Below the pieces are notes generated by a model. It ran no database searches. It was not told where the DNA came from and worked only from the letters and a program-made list of their open reading frames with translations. A program made the position numbers and the translations under genes. Shown here piece by piece: positions 15,966-32,509 of a stretch of DNA of 64,000 nt. This stretch comes from the human T2T-CHM13v2.0 reference genome, Homo sapiens. Each line of letters starts with the position of its first letter. The stretch's first letter is position 1. The stretch lies in assembly GCF_009914755.1 (NCBI RefSeq), contig NC_060925.1; one strand, written 5' to 3'.

Positions 15966-18900
15966 CTTTTAAAAACCATTCTTGTTAGTATTTAAAGAAC
16001 TGCAAGATAAAAAAGAGACATTTTTAAAGTATGAAGTCGTGTGCACAGGTTCATCGTCTAGGTGTGTACTCATGAAAACAAATCTCTTGTGTTGCAGATA
16101 GCGCTCGTTAAGGTTGATTTCTGCATATCAGTGAGAGTTCAGTGATCTTACATTCAACATAAATATGACAACTTTACAAACATCCCCCCTTTCATCCACT
16201 GAGTGAGTTTATCAGGAAAACCCAACAAAATCCTTCCAGGCCTCCCTGGGGGAAGGTACACAGTCCCCTGCTCTGGAGGAGGATATGGAGGCAGACATGG
16301 AGGCTCACGCTGGTTAAGGGAGTTTTCCAAAGTCACCAGCAGCAAGGAACCTTCTGAAACTGCTGACAAGTCCGTGCTTTTCCCACGTCCACTTACATTA
16401 TTTAGGCAAGACCCACTTGGGAATCTATTTTTTCAAGGCATGATCAGGACTAGGTTCAGGATGGTAGAGCAGGGCTGTTTTTGAAAGGCGGTCTCTTTCT
16501 CTTTGCACCAAGCTTTCCGTAAGTGTGTGGGTGACCCTCCCAACTTCCTCCTCTCTCCCACAACCACGGCCCTCGCTGCTTCTCTCAGCTTCTCTCCCCG
16601 ACACCTGGACACTCCTCTTGGCTACCTGGGGGCTGGCATTGTGGGAGGCAGCCGACGCCAGTGGGTGCTGCTGGGATCCCTGCCCACACCCAGCAGTTGC
16701 CTGGAGATGGAGGTATGCCAGGTATGTGGGCCAACAGCTGCAGAGTTGCCACTGACAGGCCGGAGGAGGATTCTTTGTCAGTGACCGCACCAGCCCGAGC
16801 CCCTGCCAGCTGTCCCACTCAGTATGCCCTGGCTTCCAGGGCCCCAGCCAAGGAAGGGTGTGGACATGAGATACAGTGGTGGCCACAAGGCAGGGGTCAA
16901 GGGGAAGGCAGGCTGATACTAGCAACAGAGTAAATGACACTTCAGAAGCGTCCTCTCTTACAAACAAGAGCAACTGTGTGTGTCCCAGTGAGTATGGGAA
17001 GCTCAGTCTCCTAACATCATTCAAGGGTCTCCAAGTGACTGTGCATACAGTTTTAAAAATATCACCGAACTTGTTTTTCTTACCCCAGCCATTTTTTATA
17101 ACTATATCTAGGGAATGGGTTGGTTGACTCTAAAGAGCAAGGAACTAAAGAAAAGATAAACATGGAAACTTCAGGTTTTCCAGAATCTTGCATATTTCCC
17201 TCCTGTTTCCCTATTATAATTTACATTTAAAATGGAGAGATATGCAGTTTAAGCCAAATGTTTTGAGTCATGAAAACAAGTGAAACTCTTTTGCCTGTTC
17301 ATGATAAACCTTCAGATTTGGTGACTTCTTTCCACCAAGGCAAGATAGGTTTCACTGGGGGGAACTGAACTGGTGTGGTGTTTTCTGCCTTCAGCCATCT
17401 GTGTGTACACTGTGACAATATGGTTCTGTGCTGGATGAGACGCCTACTATTTTTTCATCTCACTAAAGAGCCTCAAGTTTCTCAGCTACAACCTGGAGGA
17501 AGTGTCTGAAAGCTGATTTTCTGATGCCCAGCCCCAGGACTCCTTTTCCACTGCACAATATCAGACCTGCTTTTCTCTAAATCAGAATTAGGCACGCCAC
17601 TCCAGATGAAAGAGCCCTGTCGTTGAAATGCCTTTCTTTGGCCCACACTAAGTATACTTTCTGCTCCCGTTTGAACTCAAATATCATGTATATTTTAACA
17701 GCTGCTGCTCTCTAAGCAAACTGATTCACATAGAAAATCCAGGATTGTGACTACTTATTTTTTCCTCTCTACACATGAAACAGATTCCCTGGAAACACAG
17801 TTATCTTAAGTAGCTGGAATTGTCTAACTTCGGTTACTTTATTATTTACAAATCAGCCAGGTGAGAACAAGAAAGTGAAAAGCAGGAAACAAGATAGGCA
17901 GAGAAACAAAGGGCTCGATCGCAAGAGCAGCAAGATGCCTGAGCAGATCCACAGGGTTCTCAGGGCTGCAGCAAAAATCAAAGAACAGTCGTGGTCTCAG
18001 GGCTCGCCATAGATCAGACCACGGCTTCCAACCATGCCACAGGCTGTCTGTGTGTTCCCTGCACACCATTCATTTTTGTCCTTCTATTTTAATGATCTGA
18101 AACCAAGTTTGGGCCATGTGTAGACAGGCCATTCGGAGGAGGCTTCGGGAAGGAGGGCGCATCTGAGACTAGTTGTAAAAGATGAGGAGGATTTCCACAA
18201 TCGCTCAAAGGAAAGGGGCATTTCAGAAAGAGAGAAGAGCACGTTCACGTGAGCCCAGATAGGAGCACGGGGCACACGCATGAAACTTCCTGATGCTGGA
18301 GTTCACGCGCACGGTGGACGCAGGCTTGGCAGCCCGCAAGGCAGAAGGGGAGGTGGTGCGGGAACCGTGGCTGCTCTAACAAACTTGAGCTCCATTCTGC
18401 AGGCTCAAGGAGACATGGAGTAAGAGGAAGGACTCCTTGGGTGCATTGTTCATGGGAGGACAAATTAGAAAGGGGATTATCTCATGGCAGGCAGCCACTT
18501 CCAAGTAGGGAAGTTGGAGAACTTGTTGTCAGGTGGAAGAAAAGAGAAGACCCTTGAAAAGTCATCCAGGAATGGTTGTGCACAAACATGGAGTGTGTTC
18601 CTCATGCCGTAATTCTGATCCAGGTCCTTGACTTAACTGCATTGCCATTAAGCTTGTGAAAGGAGGGGAAAGCCGGTACCAGACATTGGTTATATGTCCA
18701 ATATCTGTTTGACTCTTTGTTAGAGGTATTACCTAAGTTATCTTACAATACTCTAAAAGCAATTCTACAAAGCCCATTGCTATTTTACAGAAATGAAATC
18801 TGAAAATGAAGAGGGTCAAGTAAACTAAGAAGTCTACGCATAACTAAGAAGTGGGGCTGCCTGACCCCAATCCTGCACTCTTGGCTCTTTATGACTTCAC

Positions 18901-20459
18901 TTGTGAGCGTACTGAACTCAAAGTGTTCTGGACGTCTCCAGGTAGAGGGCTCTAGGAGGCAGCTGAGTACGTGAGTCTGGAACTTAGGAGAGTTCCAAGC
19001 AGGGCTGTGGGTGTGGGATGGGGTGCATGGGAAGGAGGTTGTCAAAGCAAAGCAATGCGCAGCTGCTTAGGGAGGGGGCACAGGAGAGTGGCCTGGCCCT
19101 TCTTAGATCATTGTCAACTCAACTTGTCTAAATGGCTTTTATGACCTCAGTTATCACCTGTATTAATTCTGGCCTACGGTATTTTGCAGCTCTTCGGGAA
19201 ATAGTGATCCTTTGTTTCTGACAAAGTTCTTCTTAAAGGGTTTATTGTCTTATTTACTAGGAATCATGGGGAATAGAGTGTTACACAATGTAATTTTTTC
19301 CCTAACAAATAAAGCTTATTTTTATAAATTCCAGGGCTTTTAATATGAATCATACTTAACTATTTTTCTATATTTTATTACATTGTTTGCTTCCTCCCTA
19401 AAGACAGTATATTTTCGTATTTTCACAGAAAAATGAGAAGCCCTCATTATGAACATACCTGATTAAATTGAGCATTTCCAAGTGATGACCACATCATTGC
19501 TCAAGTGTTATGAGGCCACAGGATGAACTACTGCCCCCCGAATGATGCTAGAATGCTATGCCTTTATTTATTTCATTGGACAACTCATTCAACATATATT
19601 TATCAAGTGACTCCTATAAGAGTAACTAAAATAGAATTTCCTGCTTTTGTAGACCTTACACTATAGTTGATTCCATAGTGTCTAGTGTTTCATGAAATTA
19701 TACAAAATGTCACTAAATCTAAAATGCCATTGGTAATGACATACACTTTTTAATGCACTAATATTAAATAATGCTGAAATTAAGTTATGCTTATCTAATG
19801 TAAGATACATTGCAGTTTCAGATACTAAAATTTGAACAAGTAGACAAACGTTTCTCTTGAAATCAGTGAAATCTCTATCTAAATCCCTTAGAATAGGGTT
19901 AGCACATAGTATTCCAGGAAAGCAAAGCACTAATTATTATTGTTGTATTGTACCCAGATTATGTTACTATTTAAGTTTCTACTTTATGTAAAGCACTTTT
20001 TCATATGGATATTCTTTATCCTAACAATAGTCCATTTGTTACACCAGAAGTAACACCAGATACTTCTGAATAATAATGGCAGTTAAATCTGTGGTTTTGT
20101 GGAATTTTGCTTATATACGTCACTGTTGATTCAAACAATATAGCAGCTCTAAGAACATCTGTGCTTCCAGCCTCTGCATTTTAACCATGAGAGCGTCATT
20201 TCTCTCCATGATGCTTAAATTAAAAATCTAAATATTTGGTAAATTTTACGCTTTTCTAGAATATGTTTTGTTAATATTATATTCTAGTAAAAACAAAAAA
20301 TGTTCTTAGCCTGAGAAAGATTTTACAGAAAAGCTTTAGTAAACATTACAATTCATAATGTACCTGTACTACACTAAATGTATAATGTACTTATACTAAA
20401 GAGTGAACTATATTATCTTTGAGTTTAGGAATAAGATGAGTAAATATGTAAATGTAATA

Positions 20460-22430
20460 ATGAGAAACTATTAAAATGCAGTAGTTTCATTCAATATGAT
20501 TATTTAAATAGAAAATCCAAAAATTTGTACATGAATTAAATTAATAAACAAATTCAATGAGTTTACTAGATACAAAATTCATTGTCCAAAGGAATTGTAT
20601 TTCTTTACACCAGCAATAATGTTAAAAATAATAATTTATAAGATTAACTTCATATTTCATGAAAAGTGTAAAATTTAAGAATAAATTTAAAAATAGTGTA
20701 CGAAGTCTTTATATACAATAATATAAAACTTTTGTACAATAATAACATCAAAATGAGGGGTGATATGTACTACGTTCATAGGCTAAATGTCTCACTTTTA
20801 TAATAATGTTAATTCTCAAACATATTTATATTATGCTTGAGTTTGACAAAATTATATATGTTTGACAAAATTCCAATAAATTCCCAATATATTTTGTGGA
20901 ACTTATAAACTACACAATAAAGGCCAAAACAGTCCTTAAGAAAAACAAGTTGAGAAGACTTGACATATCATGAATGATTTGAAATTTACAAGTTTCAGAA
21001 TTTTTCCCATTGTAATATAAGCATGTAATACTATCACATTTCCCCAAATGGCTACTTTAAGTGCATCCTACAAATTGTGATATATTCTGTTTTTGTTTTC
21101 ATCTTCGTTCTCTTTGAAATACTTTCTAAGTTCATCTGTGACTTCCTCCTTGACTCAGGAATTTTTAGAAGTGTGTTGTTTCATTTCAGAACATTTGGAA
21201 ATTATTTATTTCTAGTTTCATTTAGTTGTGCTTAGAGATCATACTGTGTATGATTTCTATTCTTTTTAATGTACTGAGACATGTTTATATAGCCCAGATT
21301 ATCATCAATTTTAGTGAATGTTTTAAATGTGCAGTTGCTAACAATGTCGTTTATATTGCTGTTTAGTGGACTGTTTTAGAAAAGTCAATCAGGTAAATCT
21401 GATTAAGAGTATTGTTTTTCTTCTATCCTTTTGCTGGTTTCTTATCTCATTCTATTAGTTACTGGAAAAAATGGGTTAGAATCTACAATCTCCAACAATA
21501 ACGGGATATATCCATTTCTTTTTTCTGTTGTATATTTCTTCTTTGTATATTTTAAAGCTCTATTGTTGGGCAATATTTGGTATTGTTGTGTCTTCTTGTT
21601 GAATTGACCCTTCTAACGTCATGAAATGTTATGCAATTCTGGTAACATTTCTTATTGTAAAACTTACTATTTCTGTCCAAATCTATGCCCTGTCCCTTTA
21701 TAAAATAATGATGATAACAAATAATACATAATATTTATTGTTTTTTTATCTCCCATTTTTAAAAATTCTGGGGGTTTAGATTATTTGAATTTATATAATT
21801 ATTGATAAAACTAAAATCAAATCCACCATCTTTCTATTTGTTTTCTACTTGTTCCATCTTGCTTCTTAATTTTATTTTTATTTTTTAAATTTTTATTTCA
21901 TCTAGAGTTTACAATACACATCTTTAACTTATCACAGCTCTATGTAGAGTATAAAGAATGTACAGCAGGAGAAGTCAGTTTTTCTCTTCTGTCTTTGCAC
22001 TACCGTTACCATACATTTTACTTCAAATGCATACATTTAACATGTGCCACAAATCCTATAACACTTTATTGTTTTTGCTTTAAATAATCAATTATCTTTT
22101 AAGGAGAAAAAACAAAAAATTTTTACATAATTTTTATATATTTCTGGGACTCTTAATTTCTTTTTTTATAGATCAAATTTTCCTTCTGGTATTATATTTC
22201 TTTTACTAAAGAAATTTTCTTTAACACTTATGTAGTGCAAATGTGCTAATAATGAATCAGCTCAGTATTTGTTCTGAAAAGTCTTTTTCTTTTTGGAAGA
22301 CATTTTTGCTGGTTAAAGACTTCTAGGTTGGCAAAAATGTTTTTAAGTACTTTAAAGAACAGCTCTATAGTTCCTGGCCATTTTTTTCTTACTTACATAG
22401 ATTCCGATGAGGAGTCTGCAGTATTCTTGA
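20460..22430. mobile_element. Old L1M fragments in mixed orientation, AT-rich
   Basis: L1 ORF2-like A-rich tract followed by T-rich antisense L1; boundaries approximate. Confidence 0.65.
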
Positions 22431-23111
22431 TTGTATGTAGTGGGTTTTCCCCTCATGAGCTGTTCTGCCCCTCTCTCTCGGTTCTCTTCTTCTGGCACTC
22501 CAATTACATATACAGTCAACTCCTTGACGCTTTCCCAAGTGCAGTGCTGGAGACTGAAGATTTAACTGCAGTGAGCTTGGACTGTGAGGATTGAAGAAGA
22601 GCCAAAAACTGACAGACAGTTAGTAATCATTGCAGATGTTTGCTGAACAATTGCAAGGTAGCAAGCACTATTCTACTTTTCACCTGTATAATTCTGACTT
22701 ATCCTCAAGATTTATCTTGAAATTTTCCAGAAAGCCTTCCTATACCATCCTTTCTCACCCTAACCTCTACCTCACCTCTCACACTAGGTTAGGTAGCCCT
22801 CTTTTTTAGTTTTACTGCACACTGGGTTTCCAGTGTTTTTAAATCTACTACTCTTTATTCTATTAGATCTTTTTATTTTTAATCTCCATGGCTAGGCTGT
22901 GAATTCCATGAGGGCAAAGACTATGACTATTGTCTTGTGTCATAGTCAAATGACCTCTCCTTTGCCCAGGGTGTGTTATATTCTCAATGTGTATTTCATG
23001 AAAGAATGGATGAATAAATGGTGTCTCCCACTAGACTGTGAGTTCCTCAGAGGCAGAAATTACACTTTTCCCATGTTTTCGTGACCCTGGTTCAATATAT
23101 ATGATTGATGA

Positions 23112-23430
<319 letters not shown>

Positions 23431-24095
23431 TAAACTCATGGGAGGCAGAGAAGCAACAGCTAACAGAAGTGGGGAGGAGGCACTGTAACAATTACATTGA
23501 GGGCCATCTTTGTTTAACATCAGAAGATTACAGGATAAAATTATTTGTCATGTAGTGAGCCAGGGGTAGAAATCCTGTTTTAAAACTGATTTTCTGTGGC
23601 TTCAGCAAATCATAGAATTGTCAGAGCAATTACCCAAAGCTCCAGTGGAAAGGAAGAGTCAGTCTTGTTTGCATACTTGCCTGGCCTAGATCTTTTCATG
23701 ATCTTTCTGCCACCATGTTGCTGAAGAAATCTTCACTCCCTTTGCCTGTGTGTGTTTGGGATGGAATTACTGAAATCCTTCCTGAATTCTGCTTACGTGA
23801 AATGTTACTCCATGTGGTTTTAATTCCATGAAGATATTTCCTCCAGTGCATGTGAGTTATATAGGTTGGGAATAACTAGAAAAAGAGATGACTGGGTTAG
23901 AAACAGGAAAGAAAAGGAAATAAAATGCAACAAAACAAAGCACAAAGCAGGCAGAACAGGCAGAGGTCCTGCAAAAGGGCTTTGGGCAATGGAGGGGAGT
24001 GCTGAGAGCCAGACGATGTCTGGACATGCATTAGAGGGGGTGAGTGCAGGTCTTTGGGGAATCTTCCTCTGTCCCTGTAGTCACACTGTCCATCA

Positions 24096-24443
<348 letters not shown>

Positions 24444-26833
24444 TCAACCAGGAATCTTGTGGAGAAACCCCCTAAGAAGAAAAAAAAAAGCAAAGGAACA
24501 TGTCTCTCAGTGGGTGTATTACCCACGAGGAACGAAAATGAATGTACGGGAGTCTGGTTGGAACAGACAGAAGGGGAGATCCTGAGAAGATTCTTCCAGC
24601 AAAAGATATTAACAGGAAATGGGCTTCAGAGAACCCAGTACATGAAGATGTGCAAAATGCCTTGTATAGCCTTTTTTAGTTTGCCTTTATTGCTGTATTG
24701 TAATAGATATTAAAATAGATATTTACGAATGTCTTCAGGGTGAGTCACAGCTCTTGTTTCCCAGCCCTCCCTTTCTCAAGTCTTCCATTCCTCCATTGCA
24801 AGTTTTCCAGCACAGATATTTTCCGAAGCTGGATTCCTGTATTGGGGAAGTTGTTCTGCACTTTAATCACCGACTTGTACCTACACAAGGGTAGAGGTTG
24901 TAACTCGGGAAGCTAATGTAAAGAGAAGCTGTACCATTCAACCTATGTATATGAAAGTTGTCATTTTTACTTTACATGCATTTATTTGCTTACAGAAAAT
25001 TGCATAGTGCAGCAAATCTATAAAAAGTCAAGCTTTATTGTCAAGAAGCTTAGAGTGACCAAAGACAAAGGGAGACCCATAATATGCTCATTACTGCTTA
25101 CACTTTTAACTCGAGCTAATCATATTCTTATGTTCGCCACATGTACACATTAAAGAAAATGTCAGTAATTACTGAAGAATTTAACATAATGAATCCATGT
25201 AAAAACAAGGGTTTAATTACAGCATTTACACAGGTTACAAACTCTAACATGTCTTTGTATAAGAGACAATCAGATCCATACATTTTGTTTTCTAAGCCAT
25301 TTTGGGGAGAAAAAAAAAACAGCCCTTGATATTTGAGTCATGCGAATACTCTGAGGTTCCAAGATAGTACTCTGGCATTTTTCAACAAGGTCTTTTTCCT
25401 CACTATGGAGAAAGCGTCAGTCGCAGAGTTCACAGTGTGTAGTCACATCACTGAGAAATGTGCATGCATCTGACCTCACACCGGGATACTTCTCCCTGTG
25501 TGACCAGTTCCAAAGACGTCTTCTCAGTTTAGTTCCAGGACAAGCTAAAGTGAAATGTTGACTTTCAGTTTCATCAACTGCTGATGTTGACCGCACTCCA
25601 ATGATGGAAAGAGTTTGAGGTCACAGCAGTTACTGGGCCAGGGAGCCTATTTTCCTCAGGAATCCAAGAGAATCAAACCCTCAGTATGGACCAAGAAGCA
25701 ATATGGACTTATCTGATCTACAAGATGAAAAGTATTCAAAATTGGCTTTAAAAAATAGTCAATTTGGTTCTGGAAATAAATTGTGAGAATTTGTGTATCT
25801 ATTTCTATTATCTTAAAAAGTAGGCACATATCTAAGTGTTACTAATATTGAACATGTAGACTGATTCTGGACTCCCCACTCAGGCTGCATGTCAGAGATT
25901 TGCATAGCAAGTGAAGTCACTGGTTTCCTGAGAAATGTGGGCCCTGCAGAGGGCAGAGGAGTTCCCACAGCCCCACTCACAGGATCTCTTGCAGCTATTG
26001 TTAAATGGCACAGTCATCTTAACCACGGCAAGTGAATTCAAGGATTAAATTGTCTACTTTTGACTAAACTAACTTCACAAAAGGTTAAGTGGGTTAAAAA
26101 ATTTCCTACAAAGAAATACCAAATTTAGATAATATGATAATTCAAGAACAATAAAATATCAGAGCTACATTTCTTCAATTAGTTGTATATACTCTTGTCA
26201 ACCACATAGCAAAGTTGAAAACAATGGCAAGGAGTCAGCCAAAAATTCTACATTATCATCAGGAAAGCATTTTGAAACATAGGTTATATCCATTGTCATC
26301 AATGTCAACTCACTCTAAGTGCATATTCTAACTCAAGATTTGAAGTTGATGATAGTATTCAGGAAACACGTACGATTTGATTACTCATGCTCAAAGCCAT
26401 GTGTTATTGAACCAGCCACTTTACAAAATTTAATTAAACTTAATGATGAAAATTAAAAGTCTCTCTGAAAGATCTTATCAAAGAGCAAAAGACAAAAGCC
26501 ACTTACTATTGGGGGAAATGTGTTCCTTATAATATGCAAGCTTATTTTCCCATCATTTTGATCAAAACAGAAGAAAAAATATATGAAAACATATAATAAC
26601 AAGCTTAATAAATAAAACATGCAAAAATATGGTGTGTTACTTATTTTAACATGAATTTCTATGTATTTACAGTTATCTGAAACAAATATAAAATAGTTTG
26701 GATCCTTGTGATTGGTCACAAACTTAGAAAGCCTGCCTTTTACATGCAGCAAACTTTTAAAATTTTTGCATATAACAAGCTTTTAACTGATTAAAGTAAT
26801 GCCACTCTAGTTATTTATGAAATACATCAAAAA

Positions 26834-27153
<320 letters not shown>

Positions 27154-27660
27154 TCACAAAGTAGATGGTATTTTATTTGGATTGATAGATTTATCATTTA
27201 TAAATGCTTTTCTGTAGTATTCATTTTGTCCATAAAGCACAAAGATGCTAAATCATATACAAATTCTTCCAGGTACTTGTCAAGTGAGTTGATTTTTGTT
27301 TTCTAACTATGTAGAAAGTTAAATTCATCAGTTGCTTTTCCAGACGGACCCATTTCAGGTCTCTTGACTACCATCACCTATGTGAGCAGAAGGATTCAGG
27401 GGATCCTTGGTGGACTGCTGAAGAATGAAGCATGTGCACCCACTTTACTTCTACACTTTGGCAGCTGTAGAACAGAGACAGTGGTGGTGCAGGATACATC
27501 CTTGTATCTGGGAATTAATTCCTTTCCGAGGTGTATACTACTTAGCTTTGTGAGTAAAATCTACGGGCTTCAGTTTCCTAGTCTTGCTAAATTGGAAACA
27601 TGTTAATATCTATGATTGTAGCACATCACAAGTAAAGATAAATGAGAAAATGAATGCTTT

Positions 27661-27990
<330 letters not shown>

Positions 27991-29395
27991 GACAATGTAC
28001 GCTTTGTAAACTTTAAGTCTGGGAGATGGCTAACATTATGGGGGAAGACTTGGCCAAGACAGCCCAGAAACCACAAGGTGAATAACAGCACCCAGAACAG
28101 AAGGTCCACCATGAAGATAAGGACTTAATCTATCAAGAAGGATTAAATGTAACCGTCAAGAGTAGGCTTGATGGAGGAGGGTGAATCTGAATGGAGCCTT
28201 GAGCTACAGTGGGGTTTACAGCACAGGCAAATCCTGGTGACTGCATGCTAGATGAAAGGAATTGGACAAATGAAATAACTGAGGCAAGAGAGGTTGGGCA
28301 TGTTCAAATTCGTATCTGTATTGCATAGATAGCTTAAGAATGAAGTAGAGCCAGAAAAAACATACTAGGCTCAGATTACGGAACATGTTTAATGCTAGGC
28401 TAAGAACTGTGTTCTATTATATATGCAAAGAGGATCCATGATCGCTTTTTGAGCAGAAAAATCACCCAACTTAATGTGATGTTTTAGGAAGATACTTGGG
28501 TAACAATGTGGAAGAGGCACTGAAGCAAGCAGATTGAAGGCAGATGCTACGTATAAGACCATAAAGCTTTTGCACTGGATTTGATCAGTTGCAATGAAGG
28601 CTTGAGTTTGGATGGTGGTCTTGGGAAAGTTCAAAAAAAAAAAAAGGAGAGGAGGGGTCATAACTGAAAGCCATTTTATCATGACTAAGAAGTCAAACAT
28701 GTTAATAACCTCAAGAGATATTGGAACAAGCAGAAAATATTCCTCTTTTGTGCATCCATACTTTTATTAAGAAAAGCTTAACGGAGCTTGAGATATTTAT
28801 AGAAAAGGCCAGTACCATGAGGAAGGAGATGTGTTCCTAGAACACGTTTAAAATGATAGTGTTCTTTAATTTTAAAATATGATGGAGGATAGTTTTCGAA
28901 TTTTGTGTCGCAGTTTTTGCAAAGTTACTAAAGTTTCCAAATTCTAAAACCACATGGTAGTCTGCCAGCTACACATGGAGCAAATTACCTGCCCTGATGC
29001 TCCCCACTTGTAATCCAGCCAGCAAGCCCTGTCTCTCCATTCCCAAGGCTGTGTTCACAGACAGCATTGACGAAAACCAGCCAGTTACCCCCAAACCCCT
29101 GCTGCACAGTATCTGACAGATATCAGTGATGGCTTATCTTCACTTGTCTTTCAACCCCTCTTTATTCTCTACCCCTCTTTATGCACCCCAAAACTGCCAA
29201 TATCTCTATAAATAGCATGACTCTGGCTTTCCTGGGCTTGAACTTCCATGTGGATTTGGCTGACGGAGATCAATGTAAGGTGATGGGATGCTCAGAAGAC
29301 AGAGAGTTGGGGGTAATTTTCTCCCACTCCTTTTCTGCAGTGGGAACTGCAGTGATGGCAACAGTATTCTCTCCATGAAAACACTCCCTGCCTCC

Positions 29396-29732
29396 TGCTA
29401 TGGTTTCAATATTTGTGTCCCTCCAAAATTCATGTTGAAACTTCATCTTCAGTGTGACAAGATTAAGATGTGAGGCCTTGAGGAGGTGATCATATACCCT
29501 TATAACAGCACTCTAGGGGACTAGCTAGATCCTGTTTGCTTTTATATTCCTTCTGCAATGTGAGGACACAGCAAGAGTCGCCATCTTGGAAGCAGAAAGC
29601 AACCCTCTCCAGCCCCCAGATCTGCTGGCACCTTGATCTTGGACCCACAACTGTGAGAAATATGTTTTTCTCAATAGACTACATAGCCTCCATGTCCATG
29701 TTCTGTTAATGCAGAACAAACAGATTAAGACA
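29396..29732 (+). mobile_element. MST-family MaLR solo LTR, nested in older ERVL-like sequence (about 29200-30650)
   Basis: TGCTATGGTTT...GTCCCTCCAAAATTCATGTTGAAA...ATTAAGACA. Confidence 0.8.
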
Positions 29733-32509
29733 TCCCACAGTTCGGGCATTGACCAGTGCCCTCTTTGCCCACCTTTGCTGCTGGTAGCCTGTCTTGCAGA
29801 TACCCAGTGGCTTTACTGAAGGGGAGGTGGCTTCCTGGAGGTTCTCACACAGTGCGAGCTGAGAGATGGCGTGCTGCAGGCCTGGAGCACTCCTCTCCAG
29901 CATGCAGAATGACTGTGGAGCAATGACCAATGTATGACTCTGTCTCTTGTGTGACCATGTGCTCCAGTTTTCCCAGGACATAATAATAATAATTTCTAAC
30001 ATAATTATTAACAACAACCCCTTTCACCGTCAAAAGTGACCTGACTTAGATAACTGAATTGTAAGTTCACTCCACCTTTTCCACAAAGCCAGAATACTAG
30101 AACACACGGTCAGAAAACAAAAGGGTGAAATTCGGTATGACCTCCCTCAGTCTTACACTGATGGGATCTGTATTTTTCATTCTTAATTCCTTATACTCAG
30201 TGTGTTGTGAAGTCCTAGGGCCAAGGGAATAATTTTGCATCAAGAAACATAGTCCTGGTTTCGTTCAATGAGAACCTGAGACTGTTCTATAATCATGTTG
30301 GGCTTTTCATGTTACGAGATAGAGAATTCCTATTTTGAACTGGCATTTTACAGTGCCGAAAGGATGTTGGAGTGTTTGTATACAATGGGAGCAAAGAAGA
30401 TTACATCTAGAACATGGGCAATTTACTGGAGCTCCTTAATTCACTAGTGTCCAAAGATAATGGTTAGTGGGAAACTGTAGCTGTAAAGGATTTGCAGTCT
30501 ATTGGAATGAAAATTTTGGTCATACTACTAGTTTAAAATTTCTGATAGGGAAAGGTGTTGGTAGAAGGTAAAGGGAGCATTGATAGGTGATTTGAAAAAA
30601 TGAAAAAGAGGAGCTGACTATCAACATAGAACATAGACCAACAGCAGAGGCAGAACCTATATCAGCTATTGTTTACTTGTGCTGATTAATGCCTTCCTTC
30701 CCTTTATCATGCTGCCTGATCTGAAGAGTACTGGTGGAACTAACATTACAACCTAGGTTCCAGGTAGGGGTATGAGTGAGTTGATACCAGCCCACCACCA
30801 TACAGTGGCAGGTGCCCTTTGTAAGTAAGGAGGATAGTAAATGTTATCCTCCTTACTCTACCATTGCACTGCTAAGTAGGCTTTTATTTTGCTGTATTTG
30901 CCACCTTTAAAATTTATCCTTCGCATCGTAGTCATAACAAGTGAGGTAATTAATGAGGCTTCCTTACCTTCACTATCTTTCTTCACCTTTGACATGGTAA
31001 AGTTTATTATTTCTATGTTATTGGGGCATATGACATTTCCAGCCTATTCTGTAACCCTAATCCACATTTGGTTTCAGTCTACAGTAAAATACATTCAATA
31101 CTTACAACTTTTTTTTTTTGCTGTATTTTACCAAAGCATCTTCCTTTAATTGGTTGTTATTGTTTTCCTTCCTTCTGTAACCAAATGTATTGCCCTTTTT
31201 CTCCACATACCCATGTTTTTGTTCTCTCAAAAACATTAATGAAAATATTTTTTCCTGAATTCTTGCTTGATAAAAACCGCAACAAATTGTAATATATCAT
31301 GTCTGCATAGTAAGACTAGCTTGGCTGCACATAAAAATCCTTGGTTGGCATTGAGAATCTTGTTGGTCTTCCCTCATGACCATCCAGCTTCAGTACAGCT
31401 AGGGGAGCCAGGACAGCCTTCTTCATTTCTCCTGTGAGTGACTTATTCTTTTTTTCTGGCTGCCCAATAGATACCTTATTTTTTTTAAGTCCAATACCTT
31501 CATTAAGATGTGGTTCACTTTTTGCCTGTCATGAATGGATATACCTTGCTTCTGATATGCCCTTTTGAAAGGTAGATTCAAGTCTTCATGCATTGCATGG
31601 AAGTGTTCTTGAATTATAATTTTGAAGTATTTGTTCTGTCTCTTTTGGTTTCTTCTTTGGATGTTCCAGTAATGTATGTGTTCAATCCATTTGTCGGTCT
31701 TCCATAGTTCTCATTTTCTCTGTAATACTTGAGTTTTGCTTTTCAGATGTTTGCTTAGATAATTTTTGTATAAATGGGTATCTATTTCCTTTTATTTTTG
31801 TAATATACTACTAAATGGTTTGGGTTTTCCTAGATAACTACAGAGGTTCAGAGAGAGAATTAAGACAACCTTCTGGGCCTCACACCAGAATGGCTCTTTC
31901 CTACTGGGCTGTCACAGAGACAGACTGCTTCCTGCAAGTATGGCTCCTCTGGTGATTCTCTGTGTGGTTGAATCTCCCTTGTTCCTCCCTTGAACAAAAC
32001 TGGGTCCAGGAGGGGACTTTTTCTGGTAGACTGTGTACCCTGGTTCCCACTCCTGTGGTTAAAAAAAAGGGGTATAAGTTTTGAACATGGAAATGAACTC
32101 CCAAATTTTCAGGGAGTACATTTTGTTGGTGTTTTCTGAGATTATCAGCCATTGGCCTCACTACCTCCATACTTCATTTACTCCCATGTGGCTTGTGCCT
32201 GATTCCAACTAGATTTAGTCATCCCTACATAAGTTTTGAAATCTTTGGATTCTAACTTTTTCTAGTTTCACTAAGGATATATTTGGTTCTTTTTTTCTCC
32301 ATTTTCCTTGTTGCTTTTTTATGTGTTCTGGAATAACATGAGGAAAAATGCTGACTTTTACAGCCTGTGTATACAACTACCTCTACAGAAAATTTTAAGA
32401 TATATATTAGTTCTTTATATTCACACAATAACTTTGCAAATAGTCCTAGTGTACAAAGCTTATTCCGATATCTTGCTGTGTTTTTAAACAAACATATATA
32501 CATATATGC

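Noticed and set aside
16516-16524. TCC|GTAAGT, a -1C donor that could be a cis target of the variant U1
   Set aside because: A single short match is expected by chance in 64 kb, and there is no supporting exon evidence
16425-17127. Cluster of ORFs up to 199 aa in a GC-rich patch
   Set aside because: Open in several frames on both strands, which suggests base composition; no family recognised
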